A model generated the notes under the pieces. It did no database searches. It saw only the letters and a list, made by a program, of their open reading frames with translations, and was not told where the DNA came from. This document shows positions 1-8,377 of a stretch of 64,000 nt of DNA, piece by piece (position 1 is the first letter of the stretch; each line of letters starts with the position of its first letter). The stretch lies in the NCBI GenBank assembly GCA_015229115.1, contig JADGCH010000007.1:3315-67314 (forward strand). Direction: 5' to 3'. This DNA is from Magnetococcales bacterium. GTDB lineage: Bacteria > Pseudomonadota > Magnetococcia > Magnetococcales > JADGCH01. A program made the translations under genes and the position numbers.

Positions 1-409
1 TGCCCTGGCTGCCATTCAGGCTGGTCATTACCCACAGGCCATTGAAGGTCTGAACGTAGTGCTCAAGCAGTTTCCGACCGATCCTCTGGCCCCCAATGCC
101 CAGTACTGGATTGGTGAGTCACACTACAAACAGCGTGCTTTTGCTGAGGCCTTGGTGGCCTACAATCAGGTGCTGATTCGCTGGCCTGCCAGCGACAAGG
201 TGGCGCCATCCCTGCTCAAGATTGGTTTTTCCTTCTTTGAATTGGGCGATCTGGTCAATGCCAAAGCCAGTCTGGACCGGCTGGTTAACGAGTTCCCGGA
301 TGCTACAACGGTTAAAAATCTGGCCCAGGAACGGCTGAAAAAAATTGACGAGACGATGAGAGCCAAGGCTGCGCAGAAACCTGGGCCAGCGGTGGTTCCC
401 AAGCGATAG
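1..409 (+). CDS. cpoB: Tol-Pal system protein CpoB/YbgF, C-terminal TPR part (5' end outside window)
   Basis: The reading frame is open from the window edge to TAG at 407-409. The translation ...HYPQAIEGLNVVLKQFPTDPLAPNAQYWIGESHYKQRAFAEALVAYNQVLIRWPASDKVAPSLLKIGFSFFELGD... fits the YbgF C-terminal TPR pattern. The GTG at 59 in the ORF track is internal. Confidence 0.7.
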   Translation, partial: ALAAIQAGHYPQAIEGLNVVLKQFPTDPLAPNAQYWIGESHYKQRAFAEALVAYNQVLIRWPASDKVAPSLLKIGFSFFELGDLVNAKASLDRLVNEFPDATTVKNLAQERLKKIDETMRAKAAQKPGPAVVPKR

Positions 410-425
410 TTCGACCAACGATCTA

Positions 426-731
426 ATGAGGCGCACCCTCGCCATTCCCATCGTTGAGGTTACCGACAACGGTACCCCGTCACGTGTTGCTGGTCATTTC
501 TGTAGCACACTGGATGCTGTGACGACGGCAGAACTGGAGGCATTGGCCCAGTTGCGCCGTTTGCACCAACAGGCTCAGCAGCTGAAGCAGCAACTATCAC
601 GAGCAAACGAGACAACCGCTCAGCCGTTACAACAACAGCTACAGATGCTGCGTCAAGAAGCCAAACTCTGGCAGGAACGCCGCCGTCAAGCCAGCTTTGA
701 CAAGCTGGTTGCTCTTGGCCACATCTCGTGA
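426..731 (+). CDS. hypothetical Gln-rich coiled-coil protein (101 aa)
   Basis: ATG-initiated ORF 17 nt after the cpoB stop. The central segment has a heptad-like Q/L/R pattern (LRRLHQQAQQLKQQL...QQQLQMLRQEAKLWQERRRQ). I recognise no family, and there is no clear Shine-Dalgarno sequence. Confidence 0.35.
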   Translation: MRRTLAIPIVEVTDNGTPSRVAGHFCSTLDAVTTAELEALAQLRRLHQQAQQLKQQLSRANETTAQPLQQQLQMLRQEAKLWQERRRQASFDKLVALGHIS

Positions 732-750
732 CCGATTGTCGTCCATCCAT

Positions 751-817
751 CTTTTTGCGTTGCAAAAAGATGATCAATGACCTTCATTTTCTGTCAAGTC
801 TGTTTTTTTGCGTTGCA
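751..817. promoter_or_regulatory. two copies of the 13-mer TTTTTGCGTTGCA, 53 bp apart; the first lies in a 19-bp palindrome
   Basis: Exact 13-mer at 752-764 and 805-817. Positions 751-769 read CTTTTTGC-GTT-GCAAAAAG, a perfect 8-bp inverted repeat. The element lies upstream of the oxidoreductase operon. Confidence 0.3.
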
Positions 818-830
818 CATAAACGGAACC

Positions 831-859
831 TTTACCTGCATCGGGTGTCTTGTTATAAC
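831..859 (+). promoter_or_regulatory. candidate sigma-70 promoter for the oxidoreductase operon
   Basis: TTTACC (831-836), a 17-nt spacer, then TGT-TATAAC (extended -10; hexamer 854-859). It sits about 90 nt upstream of ATG 951, which is preceded by AAGGAG at 937-942. Confidence 0.3.
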
Positions 860-950
860 GGAAGTATTCTTGTGACTTTCATGGTAAATTCTTCAGGGTT
901 GGCTGGAACCTAAACAGCGGTCAGACAGAACAGATCAAGGAGCTGCGTGG

Positions 951-2990
951 ATGAGTAAAATAGAGGTCGGGCAGCAACCGCTCTACCCCGGCATTCCGGG
1001 TACCGGAGATGGTTCAGATGCCGTTTCCTACGTGGAGACACGAGCAACCGATGGAGCGGCTGCATATCCCATTACATCGTCAACAATCATGGGTCAGCAT
1101 TTCCAGGTAGCTGTTGCCAACGGCTTCAGGAATGTCTGGGATCGTCCACTGGCTTGGTTGGAGCTGGAGTCGGAGCACTCGTCCGCATCAGCCTGCGAAG
1201 GTTTTGCCAGTGCCGGTGGTCGCATTGCCAACTTCACTTCAGGCCAGGGACTGATCCTGATGAAGGAGGTGCTCTATACCATCGCTGGTAAGCGTTTGCC
1301 CATGGTATTGAATATTGGCGCCCGCGCCCTGACGTCGCAGGCCCTCAACGTTCATGCAGGTCACGATGATGTCATGGGAGTGGCCGATTGCGGATGGGGC
1401 ATTCTGTTCGCTCACAGCATCCAGGCCGTTGCCGATCTGTGTCTGATTGCCAGGCGTGCCTCCGAGGATGGTTTGACGCCCATCATGAATGTGCAAGATG
1501 GCTTTCTTGGAACGCACACCATCGAAAATCTCAACTTTCCCGAAGATGCCCTGATTCGTGACTATCTGGGCGATCCGCGTCAGCGCATGCGGGCGGTTTT
1601 TGATCCAGCCGCTCCGTTACAGGTTGGTGTGGTACAAAATCAGGATGCCTACATGCAGGGCAAGATCTCGCAGCGCTTCTTCTATGATCGGTTGCCGGAT
1701 GTGATTGAGTCGGCCATGGATCAGTTCCATCAACTGACCGGACGCCGTTACAACCTGATCCAGACCATCAACATGGACAATGCTGACTACGCCATCATCG
1801 CCATGGGGACACTTTCGGAGACGGCAGCCTCCGCTCTAGACACCATTCGTGAGCGTCTGGGTGTGCGTGTCGGTGTGGTTAATGTCACCTGTTTTCGGCC
1901 ATTCCCGGCCAAACAGATTGTGCGTGCCATCAAGAATTGCAAAATGGTATCGGTGCTGGAGCGGTGTGACATTCCCACCATGGTGGACAATCCGCTGACG
2001 ACCGATATCGAGGCAGCTCTGGCCAAGGCCATGATGGGCATTGAGGGATTTGATACCCTGACGACCATGCCTTTTGTCTGCTCCGGCGCCGCTGGTCTTG
2101 GTTCGCGCGACGTTACCCCAGGACACATGATCGCCGTAGTGCGCAACATGCTGGCTGCTGCAGGCGAGCGCAAGCGCTTTTTCTCGCTCGGTATCGACCA
2201 CGCAGCTACTGCTTTGGTACCGGAATCGGAACCGGATGTACGGCCAGCCGGATCTTTCTCGGTGCGGGCCCACTCGGTCGGCGGTTTTGGTTCAGTGACC
2301 ACCAACAAGGTCATCGCTACCATGTTGGGGGATATCTTCGGGTTCAAGGTTCAGGCTGCCCCCAAATATGGCTCGGAAAAGAAGGGGTTGCCAACCAATA
2401 CCTATTTGACCGTTACGCCTCCGCCAGGCAAGATCCTGACCCATTGCGAATTGCAACAGGTTGATTTTGTGCCTTTGATGGATCCGACAACGTGGTACAT
2501 GGGTAACCCGCTGGTCGGTCTACGGGATGGTGGTATTGTTTTTCAGCACACCGACGAACCAACGCCTCAGGAACTGTGGGAGTCCCTGCCTCCTTACGCC
2601 CGCTATTTCATGCAGGCCAACAAGATTCGTTTTTACGGGGTTGACACCATTGCCATCGCCCGCAGCTGCTGCAAGTCGGATCTGTCGTTGACCCAGCGTT
2701 TTCAGGGCGTGGTGCTGCTTGGGGTGTTTCTGCGCGTTACCCCATTCCAGGAAAATGCCGGCCTGTCAGAGCAGGAGTTGTTTGAACACATACGCAAGCC
2801 CCTGTCCAAATACTTTGGCAAGCGTGGTGGCCAAGTGGTGGACGACAACCTCGACGCCGTGCGTCGCGGCTATCAGCAGGTTATGGAAGTGTCGCAGGAG
2901 ATTATGGATGCGACGCCACGGTCCGTACTGGATCAGGGTCAGGCAGACTGGGAGGCAAAGGGCAAAGATGTCAATGCCTTCTTTATTTAG
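951..2990 (+). CDS. pyruvate/2-oxoacid:ferredoxin oxidoreductase, fused alpha (domains I-II) and gamma (domain III) portion
   Basis: The N-terminus (DGSDAVSYVETRATDGAAAYPITSST) is typical of PFOR domain I. The gamma-type segment is HSVGGFGSVTTNKVIATMLGDIFGFKVQAAPKYGSEKKGLPTNTYLTV. The gene has a strong RBS. Confidence 0.85.
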   Translation: MSKIEVGQQPLYPGIPGTGDGSDAVSYVETRATDGAAAYPITSSTIMGQHFQVAVANGFRNVWDRPLAWLELESEHSSASACEGFASAGGRIANFTSGQGLILMKEVLYTIAGKRLPMVLNIGARALTSQALNVHAGHDDVMGVADCGWGILFAHSIQAVADLCLIARRASEDGLTPIMNVQDGFLGTHTIENLNFPEDALIRDYLGDPRQRMRAVFDPAAPLQVGVVQNQDAYMQGKISQRFFYDRLPDVIESAMDQFHQLTGRRYNLIQTINMDNADYAIIAMGTLSETAASALDTIRERLGVRVGVVNVTCFRPFPAKQIVRAIKNCKMVSVLERCDIPTMVDNPLTTDIEAALAKAMMGIEGFDTLTTMPFVCSGAAGLGSRDVTPGHMIAVVRNMLAAAGERKRFFSLGIDHAATALVPESEPDVRPAGSFSVRAHSVGGFGSVTTNKVIATMLGDIFGFKVQAAPKYGSEKKGLPTNTYLTVTPPPGKILTHCELQQVDFVPLMDPTTWYMGNPLVGLRDGGIVFQHTDEPTPQELWESLPPYARYFMQANKIRFYGVDTIAIARSCCKSDLSLTQRFQGVVLLGVFLRVTPFQENAGLSEQELFEHIRKPLSKYFGKRGGQVVDDNLDAVRRGYQQVMEVSQEIMDATPRSVLDQGQADWEAKGKDVNAFFI

Positions 2991-3002
2991 GAGGAACATC
3001 CC

Positions 3003-4661
3003 ATGAGTACACGGGCAAAAATCTATACCGAACCAGCACCGCAGTGGTATGATGTCAAGCGGGCGCGTGAGATCATGCAGGCTTACAACAGCGGACAGGG
3101 TTCCGGTCAGCCGGCCGACATTTTCGTTGCCCAGTCAGCGGTGCTGGCAGGTACCGGCTCCCATCGTGACTTCTCCTACATTGCGCCAGATCTTCCGGAG
3201 CTGACAGCCGAGAACTGTGTCGCCTGTATGGAGTGTGTCCAGAACTGTCCCGATGCGGCCATCTGGGGCAAGGTCGTTACCCCAGCCAAACTGGGTAACG
3301 ACCTTGCGGCCATGACCGACGATGACGAACGCACCCTGGTACAACGCCAGCTGGTCAAGACAACCAAATTCTGGAAAACCTACGAAAAGCGCAAAACCGA
3401 TGACCCGGCTGCGCCAGGCGGTGCCTGGTTCGGCATCTTTATCGATCCCACCAAATGCAAGGGCTGTGGTGAGTGTGTTGTGGCCTGTGGTGAACACAAT
3501 GCCTTGCACATGATCAAAAAGACCAAGGATAACCTGCCGCATTATTTCTCCCTGTGGGATTTTTACAAACGGGTTCCGGAAACATCGGGCGATTACATCA
3601 ATCCGAAACTGAAAGTGGACATCATGCTCAAGGATGGTGCCAATCAGTATGTCGGAGGGGCAGGATCCTGCATGGGTTGCGGTGAGGCTTCGGTCATCCG
3701 GCAGCTATTGGCCATGACCTATGAGAAGTTCAACTCCCGTTATGGCATTGTTGCCGCAACCGGGTGCAACACGGTCTATGGTTCGACCTATCCCTACAAT
3801 CCCTATCGCGCACCATGGATCAACTCGCTGTTTGAAAATGCCCCGACCGTGGCCATGGGCATTCGCGCCCTGTGGGATCAGACCGACCGACAAGATCATG
3901 CCCTGTGGGTGTTCGGTGGCGATGGTGCCATGCTCGATATCGGCTTTCAGGCGCTATCACGCATGCTGGTATCCGGCATGAACATCAAGGTTCTAATTAT
4001 GGATACACAAGTCTACTCCAATACCGGTGGACAGGCTTCAACCGGATCGTTCGTCGGGCAGGAAGCCAAGATGTCCATTCACGGCAGTGCCGTGCCTGGC
4101 AAGCAGGAACTGCGCAAGGAAATCGGCAACATCTGCATCATGCATCCGCGGGTGTTCGTTGCCCAAACCGTTGGGCCGTTGACCAGCCATTTTTACAAGT
4201 CGGTGGAACAGGCGCTTGAGTTTAACGGCCCGGCCGTGATCAATGTCTTCACCACCTGCCAGCCAGAGCATCAGGTCGCTGATGATAAAGCCTATGATCA
4301 GGCCCTGTTGGCTGTTGAGTCGCGTGCTTTCCCTGTGTTCATCTACAACCCCGATGCCGGGTTGACCATGGCGTCCCGTCTGTCATTGCAGGGCAATCCC
4401 TCCTCAAAACGCGATTGGCACCGCCGCAAAAACAAGGATGGTGAGGAGGAAGTGGTCAATTTCATTACGTTTGCACGCAGTGAGGGCCGGTTCAGCAAGC
4501 ACTTCGACAAGAACGGGCAGGCCAGCGTTACCTTGCATCAGTCGATGAAGGACCGTCTCGACAACTGGCGGCTACTGCAGCAGCTGGCCGGTGTCGAAAA
4601 CGGCGATTTTCGCGCTGAGATTGATGCCCAACAGATACGTCACGCAGCGTCTGATTCATGA
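3003..4661 (+). CDS. pyruvate/2-oxoacid:ferredoxin oxidoreductase, fused delta (2x[4Fe-4S]) and beta (TPP-binding) portion
   Basis: Two ferredoxin motifs are present (CVACMECVQNCP and CKGCGECVVACG). The TPP-binding region is GCNTVYGSTYPYNPY...GGDGAMLDIGFQALS. The C-terminal tail resembles NifJ (PVFIYNP...FARSEGRF). Confidence 0.85.
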   Translation: MSTRAKIYTEPAPQWYDVKRAREIMQAYNSGQGSGQPADIFVAQSAVLAGTGSHRDFSYIAPDLPELTAENCVACMECVQNCPDAAIWGKVVTPAKLGNDLAAMTDDDERTLVQRQLVKTTKFWKTYEKRKTDDPAAPGGAWFGIFIDPTKCKGCGECVVACGEHNALHMIKKTKDNLPHYFSLWDFYKRVPETSGDYINPKLKVDIMLKDGANQYVGGAGSCMGCGEASVIRQLLAMTYEKFNSRYGIVAATGCNTVYGSTYPYNPYRAPWINSLFENAPTVAMGIRALWDQTDRQDHALWVFGGDGAMLDIGFQALSRMLVSGMNIKVLIMDTQVYSNTGGQASTGSFVGQEAKMSIHGSAVPGKQELRKEIGNICIMHPRVFVAQTVGPLTSHFYKSVEQALEFNGPAVINVFTTCQPEHQVADDKAYDQALLAVESRAFPVFIYNPDAGLTMASRLSLQGNPSSKRDWHRRKNKDGEEEVVNFITFARSEGRFSKHFDKNGQASVTLHQSMKDRLDNWRLLQQLAGVENGDFRAEIDAQQIRHAASDS

Positions 4662-5446
4662 ATCCTGCCATTGAGCAGACCATCCGCAGCCATTTGATAC
4701 GGTCAAGAAACCTGGCAGCCAAGCAGGCGTCTGTCATCTGCACCCATCTTGACGGGGATGATCCCCTGGAAAAGTTGGCAGACGTCTCTTTTGGCGCCCT
4801 GGAAGAATACGAAATTGAATGGATGCTGGCCGGCCTCTTTACTCCCAGCGATCAGGACCGTGTGATTTTCGAACCATGGTTGCCTGTGGCTGGCTTGACT
4901 GCTACCCAGCTGGACGATCTGATTGATGCTGTTAGCAGTCATTCTCCCTTTTGTACCCTGACCTTTGATCAACGCAGGATCACCCTGTTGATTCCTTCGA
5001 TCCTGATCAACCGTTATGTACGGTTGCTGCACCTTGATCACCCCCTGGATGACGCGATTGCATCCCAACTGCACGAGATCGCTGACCATCCTTACCCTAT
5101 CGCCAGTCTGGCACGGCAGGATGTCTGGCAATCACCACCACAACATCAGCTGCTACGTCAGATTGTATCGACGCTCTGCAACCGTTCCAGCCGGATTGAT
5201 GGGGATCTGTTCAGCTTCCTGACCGAGATGGTTTACAGTGGCCGCCCCCATTCTGTCGCTACCTTGCTGACCCAGTTGCGCAACCTGCTGGAGTCCTATC
5301 GTCTGGAACAGGAACATCCGGTTTACAATCCACGTCTGGAGGAATACCAGGGCAACTCGGTCCGTTCATCGCTGTGCGGGGAGCAGGTCAAAGCGCGTCG
5401 ATTGGCCATGACCCATAGCTGGATCGAGCTACTCATTGATCCGTGA
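4658..5446 (+). CDS. hypothetical protein (262 aa), translationally coupled on both sides
   Basis: ATGA overlap with the upstream stop (4658-4661) and GTGA overlap with the downstream start (5443-5446). I recognise no domain. Its position in a tight operon supports it being a real gene. Confidence 0.55.
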   Translation: MNPAIEQTIRSHLIRSRNLAAKQASVICTHLDGDDPLEKLADVSFGALEEYEIEWMLAGLFTPSDQDRVIFEPWLPVAGLTATQLDDLIDAVSSHSPFCTLTFDQRRITLLIPSILINRYVRLLHLDHPLDDAIASQLHEIADHPYPIASLARQDVWQSPPQHQLLRQIVSTLCNRSSRIDGDLFSFLTEMVYSGRPHSVATLLTQLRNLLESYRLEQEHPVYNPRLEEYQGNSVRSSLCGEQVKARRLAMTHSWIELLIDP

Positions 5447-6102
5447 TTAGACTGGTCATCTTCGATTGTGATGGCACGCTGGTCGATAGCCAAGCCGGTA
5501 TTGTCTCGGTGCTGCGACAGACGCTGGATGATTTTCGTCTGGGACAGTCGTGGTCCGACCGGCAACTGGCCCATGTCGTTGGCCTGTCGCTACCGGAAGC
5601 GATGGCGGCGCTCTGCCCCGAACAACCGGCGGACATTCATCACCAACTGATCCTCCGCTATAAGGCCCTCTACCAGCTGGCCGCCGATCGTGCCACTCTG
5701 CATACCCCGCTGTTTCCAGGCGTTACCGATCTACTCACCACGTTGCAGCAGTCCGGTCGGCAGATGGCTATAGCCACTGGCAAGTCCCGACGCGGTCTGG
5801 AACGCACCCTGCGCCAGCACCAGCTTGATCCTTTCTTTCCACCCAGGATGCGGATGACAGCCGACGATGCCCCGTCCAAACCCCATCCAGCCATGATCCT
5901 GCAGCTGCTGCAAGTCAGCTGCGTCCCGCCGGATCAGGCGCTCATGGTTGGAGACACCACCTTCGACATCCTGATGGGCCACGCGGCCGGAGTCAGCACC
6001 TGTGCCGTCACCTTCGGCTGCCACAGCAAAGACCAGCTCGCAACAGCTCAGCCCCACCACTGGGTTGACCAGCTGCATCAAATCTCCCTGCTATGTGAAT
6101 AA
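5443..6102 (+). CDS. HAD-superfamily phosphatase (phosphoglycolate phosphatase-like)
   Basis: HAD motif I is FDCDGTLVDS, motif II is IATGKS, and motif IV is GDTTFDILMGHAAG. The start codon is GTG. Confidence 0.75.
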   Translation: MIRLVIFDCDGTLVDSQAGIVSVLRQTLDDFRLGQSWSDRQLAHVVGLSLPEAMAALCPEQPADIHHQLILRYKALYQLAADRATLHTPLFPGVTDLLTTLQQSGRQMAIATGKSRRGLERTLRQHQLDPFFPPRMRMTADDAPSKPHPAMILQLLQVSCVPPDQALMVGDTTFDILMGHAAGVSTCAVTFGCHSKDQLATAQPHHWVDQLHQISLLCE

Positions 6103-6118
6103 GAATTAGTTCTATTTG

Positions 6119-6148
6119 CAATTGTATAATGAGAATTACTTACAATTG
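6119..6148. promoter_or_regulatory. 30-bp operator-like palindrome upstream of the cytochrome/CDF operon
   Basis: CAATTGTA (6119-6126) and TACAATTG (6141-6148) are perfect inverted repeats flanking an AT-rich core. A TATAAT hexamer at 6125-6130 lies inside the element. The whole 6103-6239 spacer is AT-rich. Confidence 0.3.
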
Positions 6149-6239
6149 ACAGAATATTTTTATTATAAATTTCTTGACCTGCCATGATAGAGCTGCTAAT
6201 CTTTCCCCATTCCTGAACATCCAATCTGCGGAGGTGTCC

Positions 6240-7343
6240 ATGACTGACGGGAACGACCGTTCCATCCTGGTGTGGGACCTGCCGACACGCCTGTTCCACT
6301 GGCTGCTGGCCGGTGCCGTCCTGGCGGCATGGCTGACCGGCGAGGCCGATGCACTACTGGCGTGGCACGTGTTTTTTGGCACAGCCGTCCTGCTGCTCAT
6401 TCCCTTCCGGCTGGTCTGGGGCATCTTGGGCAGCCTGCACGCCCGTTTCTCAAATTTCATCCAGCCTTGGCCGGTGGTGCGCCACTATCTGCTGGCCCTG
6501 CTGCAACGCAAGGCACCCCGTTACATCGGCCACAACCCGGCTGCCGGATGGGCCATTGTGCTGCTGATGACTCTCAGTTTTCTGACGGCACTGCTCGGAT
6601 TTGCCTCCATCGGTGGTGAAGAACAGCGTGGACCACTGGCAACCCTGCTGAGCTACTGGCAAGGCAAGCTGTTCGGTGAACTGCATGAAGGACTGGCCAA
6701 TGGACTGATGGCACTGGTGATCGTTCACCTGACCGGTGTGATCGTTGGCAGCCTGGTCCATCGGGAGAATCTGATTGCCGCCATGTTGCATGGTCGCAAA
6801 ATAGTCAACGATCGCGATGAGCCCGTCGCCATCATTCGACCCTATCGCGCCGTGGCCATCCTTCCGATCCTGTTGTTATTGCTGGCAGCCTGGCAGACCC
6901 CTCGTCTGTTGGCCACCACACCTCTGGTTCAGAATGACAGCTGGAATCGCGCCTGCAGTGACTGTCATCTACCCTTCCACCCCAGTCTGTTGCCCCGGGA
7001 TTCTTGGCTGGCCATGCTGGAACCGGGTGCCGCTCATTTTGGCGATATCCTGGCACTGGATGCAGCCACCACCGAAACCCTGAAACAATTTGTCCTGGCC
7101 CATGGCGCTGGTAGTGGCTCGATGACCACTGGAGCAGGCAATCGGATCGTCCACAGCATTGCTGCTGGAAAGACTCCATGGCGCATCATCGAAACCCCTT
7201 ACTGGTTGCGCAAACATCGCAAAATCAAGGACTCATTGTGGAACCATCATGAAGTTCGCAGCAAGGTCCGCTGTGAAGCCTGCCACAAGGATGCTCGTAC
7301 CGGATTGTTTGAAAAACAGGCCATTCAAATGCCACAACCCTGA
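6240..7343 (+). CDS. membrane cytochrome b (b561/hydrogenase-cytochrome-b type) fused to a C-terminal dihaem c-type module
   Basis: ATG 6240 is preceded by GGAGG, so the ORF-track start at 6174 is probably too early. The N-terminus (VWDLPTRLFHWLLAGAVLAAWLTGE) plus several TM helices with His residues fits a b-type cytochrome. The C-terminus carries CSDCH and CEACH, and LPFHPSLLPRDSWLAMLE...HFG parallels the DHC protein encoded two genes downstream. Confidence 0.7.
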   Translation: MTDGNDRSILVWDLPTRLFHWLLAGAVLAAWLTGEADALLAWHVFFGTAVLLLIPFRLVWGILGSLHARFSNFIQPWPVVRHYLLALLQRKAPRYIGHNPAAGWAIVLLMTLSFLTALLGFASIGGEEQRGPLATLLSYWQGKLFGELHEGLANGLMALVIVHLTGVIVGSLVHRENLIAAMLHGRKIVNDRDEPVAIIRPYRAVAILPILLLLLAAWQTPRLLATTPLVQNDSWNRACSDCHLPFHPSLLPRDSWLAMLEPGAAHFGDILALDAATTETLKQFVLAHGAGSGSMTTGAGNRIVHSIAAGKTPWRIIETPYWLRKHRKIKDSLWNHHEVRSKVRCEACHKDARTGLFEKQAIQMPQP

Positions 7344-7357
7344 AGGAGACAGAATCA

Positions 7358-7789
7358 ATGAGATTGATACATGGCACCCTCACCCTAGCGGGGATAGGGC
7401 TAACCGCGGTGATTTTCACCGGTCTATCCTGTCCGGCGGCCGCTTCATCAATGGTGGACATGATGCTCACAAGCTATCAGTCACAGGGAGCTGCAACCTT
7501 TGATGCCAGAGCAGGCTACCAGCTGTGGCATCGCTCTTTTGGTCCTGATCCAGAGGGAGGCTATGATCGTGTCTGCACCAGTTGTCATGGTTCTGACCTA
7601 CGCAAGCCAGGAATCCACCGCCAGACCGGTAAGGTGATTGATCCGATGGCTCCCAGCGTCAATCCACAGCGTCTGACCGATCCAGCCAAGATCGAAAAAT
7701 GGTTCCTGCGCAACTGCAAACAGGTGCTCGGACGTGAATGCTCACCACAGGAAAAAGGTAATTTTCTGCTTTATCTGAAGGATCAGTAA
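7358..7789 (+). CDS. DUF1924-type monohaem c-type cytochrome, exported
   Basis: The protein has a signal-like N-terminus and a single CTSCH motif. The C-terminal segment MAPSVNPQRLTDPAKIEKWFLRNCKQVLGRECSPQEKGNFLLYL matches my memory of DUF1924. Confidence 0.65.
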   Translation: MRLIHGTLTLAGIGLTAVIFTGLSCPAAASSMVDMMLTSYQSQGAATFDARAGYQLWHRSFGPDPEGGYDRVCTSCHGSDLRKPGIHRQTGKVIDPMAPSVNPQRLTDPAKIEKWFLRNCKQVLGRECSPQEKGNFLLYLKDQ

Positions 7790-7791
7790 TC

Positions 7792-8361
7792 ATGTACAAT
7801 CCATTATACCGCATAGTCGCCATGGCGCTCCTGGTTCTCGTGGTTGCCATGACAACCGCTACCCCACTACTGGCAGACAAAGGCCGGTCAGGCAGTGGCG
7901 GCAAAGGGAGTAACCGTCACGTTGTTGCCGCGGCTGTTGATCCGCTCTATCTGAAAGAGTGTGGCAGTTGCCATATGCCTTACGCCCCTGCCTTGTTACC
8001 GGCCCGTTCCTGGCAACAGATGATGGCACACCTTGACAAGCATTTTGGCGAAAACGCCGAATTACCGGTTGCCGATAAAAATTCCATCCAACAATACCTG
8101 ATGGCTAACAGTTCGGAACAGTCAACGGCTCCACTGGCTAAAAAAATACTCGTTTCCATTCCTGCTGCGGAAATACCAGCCAGCATCAGTACCACACCCT
8201 ATTTCATCAGGGAACACCGTAAAATAACGTTGCAACAGGTCAGAGAGAATCCTAATATTCGCTCGTTTGCTGCCTGCCAAGCCTGCCATACCCAAGCCAA
8301 TGCAGGCTCTTTTGATGAACATGAAGTCCTGGTGCCCACCGCAGCACAAGGCAAACCCTAA
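7792..8361 (+). CDS. DHC-type dihaem cytochrome c, exported
   Basis: The protein has a signal-like N-terminus and two haem motifs, CGSCH and CQACH. The segment MPYAPALLPARSWQQMMAHLDKHFGENA is typical of the DHC family. It starts 2 nt after the upstream stop. Confidence 0.7.
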   Translation: MYNPLYRIVAMALLVLVVAMTTATPLLADKGRSGSGGKGSNRHVVAAAVDPLYLKECGSCHMPYAPALLPARSWQQMMAHLDKHFGENAELPVADKNSIQQYLMANSSEQSTAPLAKKILVSIPAAEIPASISTTPYFIREHRKITLQQVRENPNIRSFAACQACHTQANAGSFDEHEVLVPTAAQGKP

Positions 8362-8377
8362 ATAGGAGAGTTAATCT

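Noticed and set aside
728-913. 61-aa ORF in the AT-rich spacer upstream of the oxidoreductase genes
   Set aside because: Its composition (Phe/Cys/Leu/Ser-rich) is atypical for this genome's proteins, and it has no RBS. It also overlaps the repeated 13-mers and the candidate promoter, so the region is probably non-coding.
6125-6143. Calling the palindrome core a definite Fur box
   Set aside because: A 13/19 match to the consensus is borderline. The CDF transport-site residues point to Zn/Co-type rather than Fe-type substrates. I kept it as an unassigned operator candidate only.
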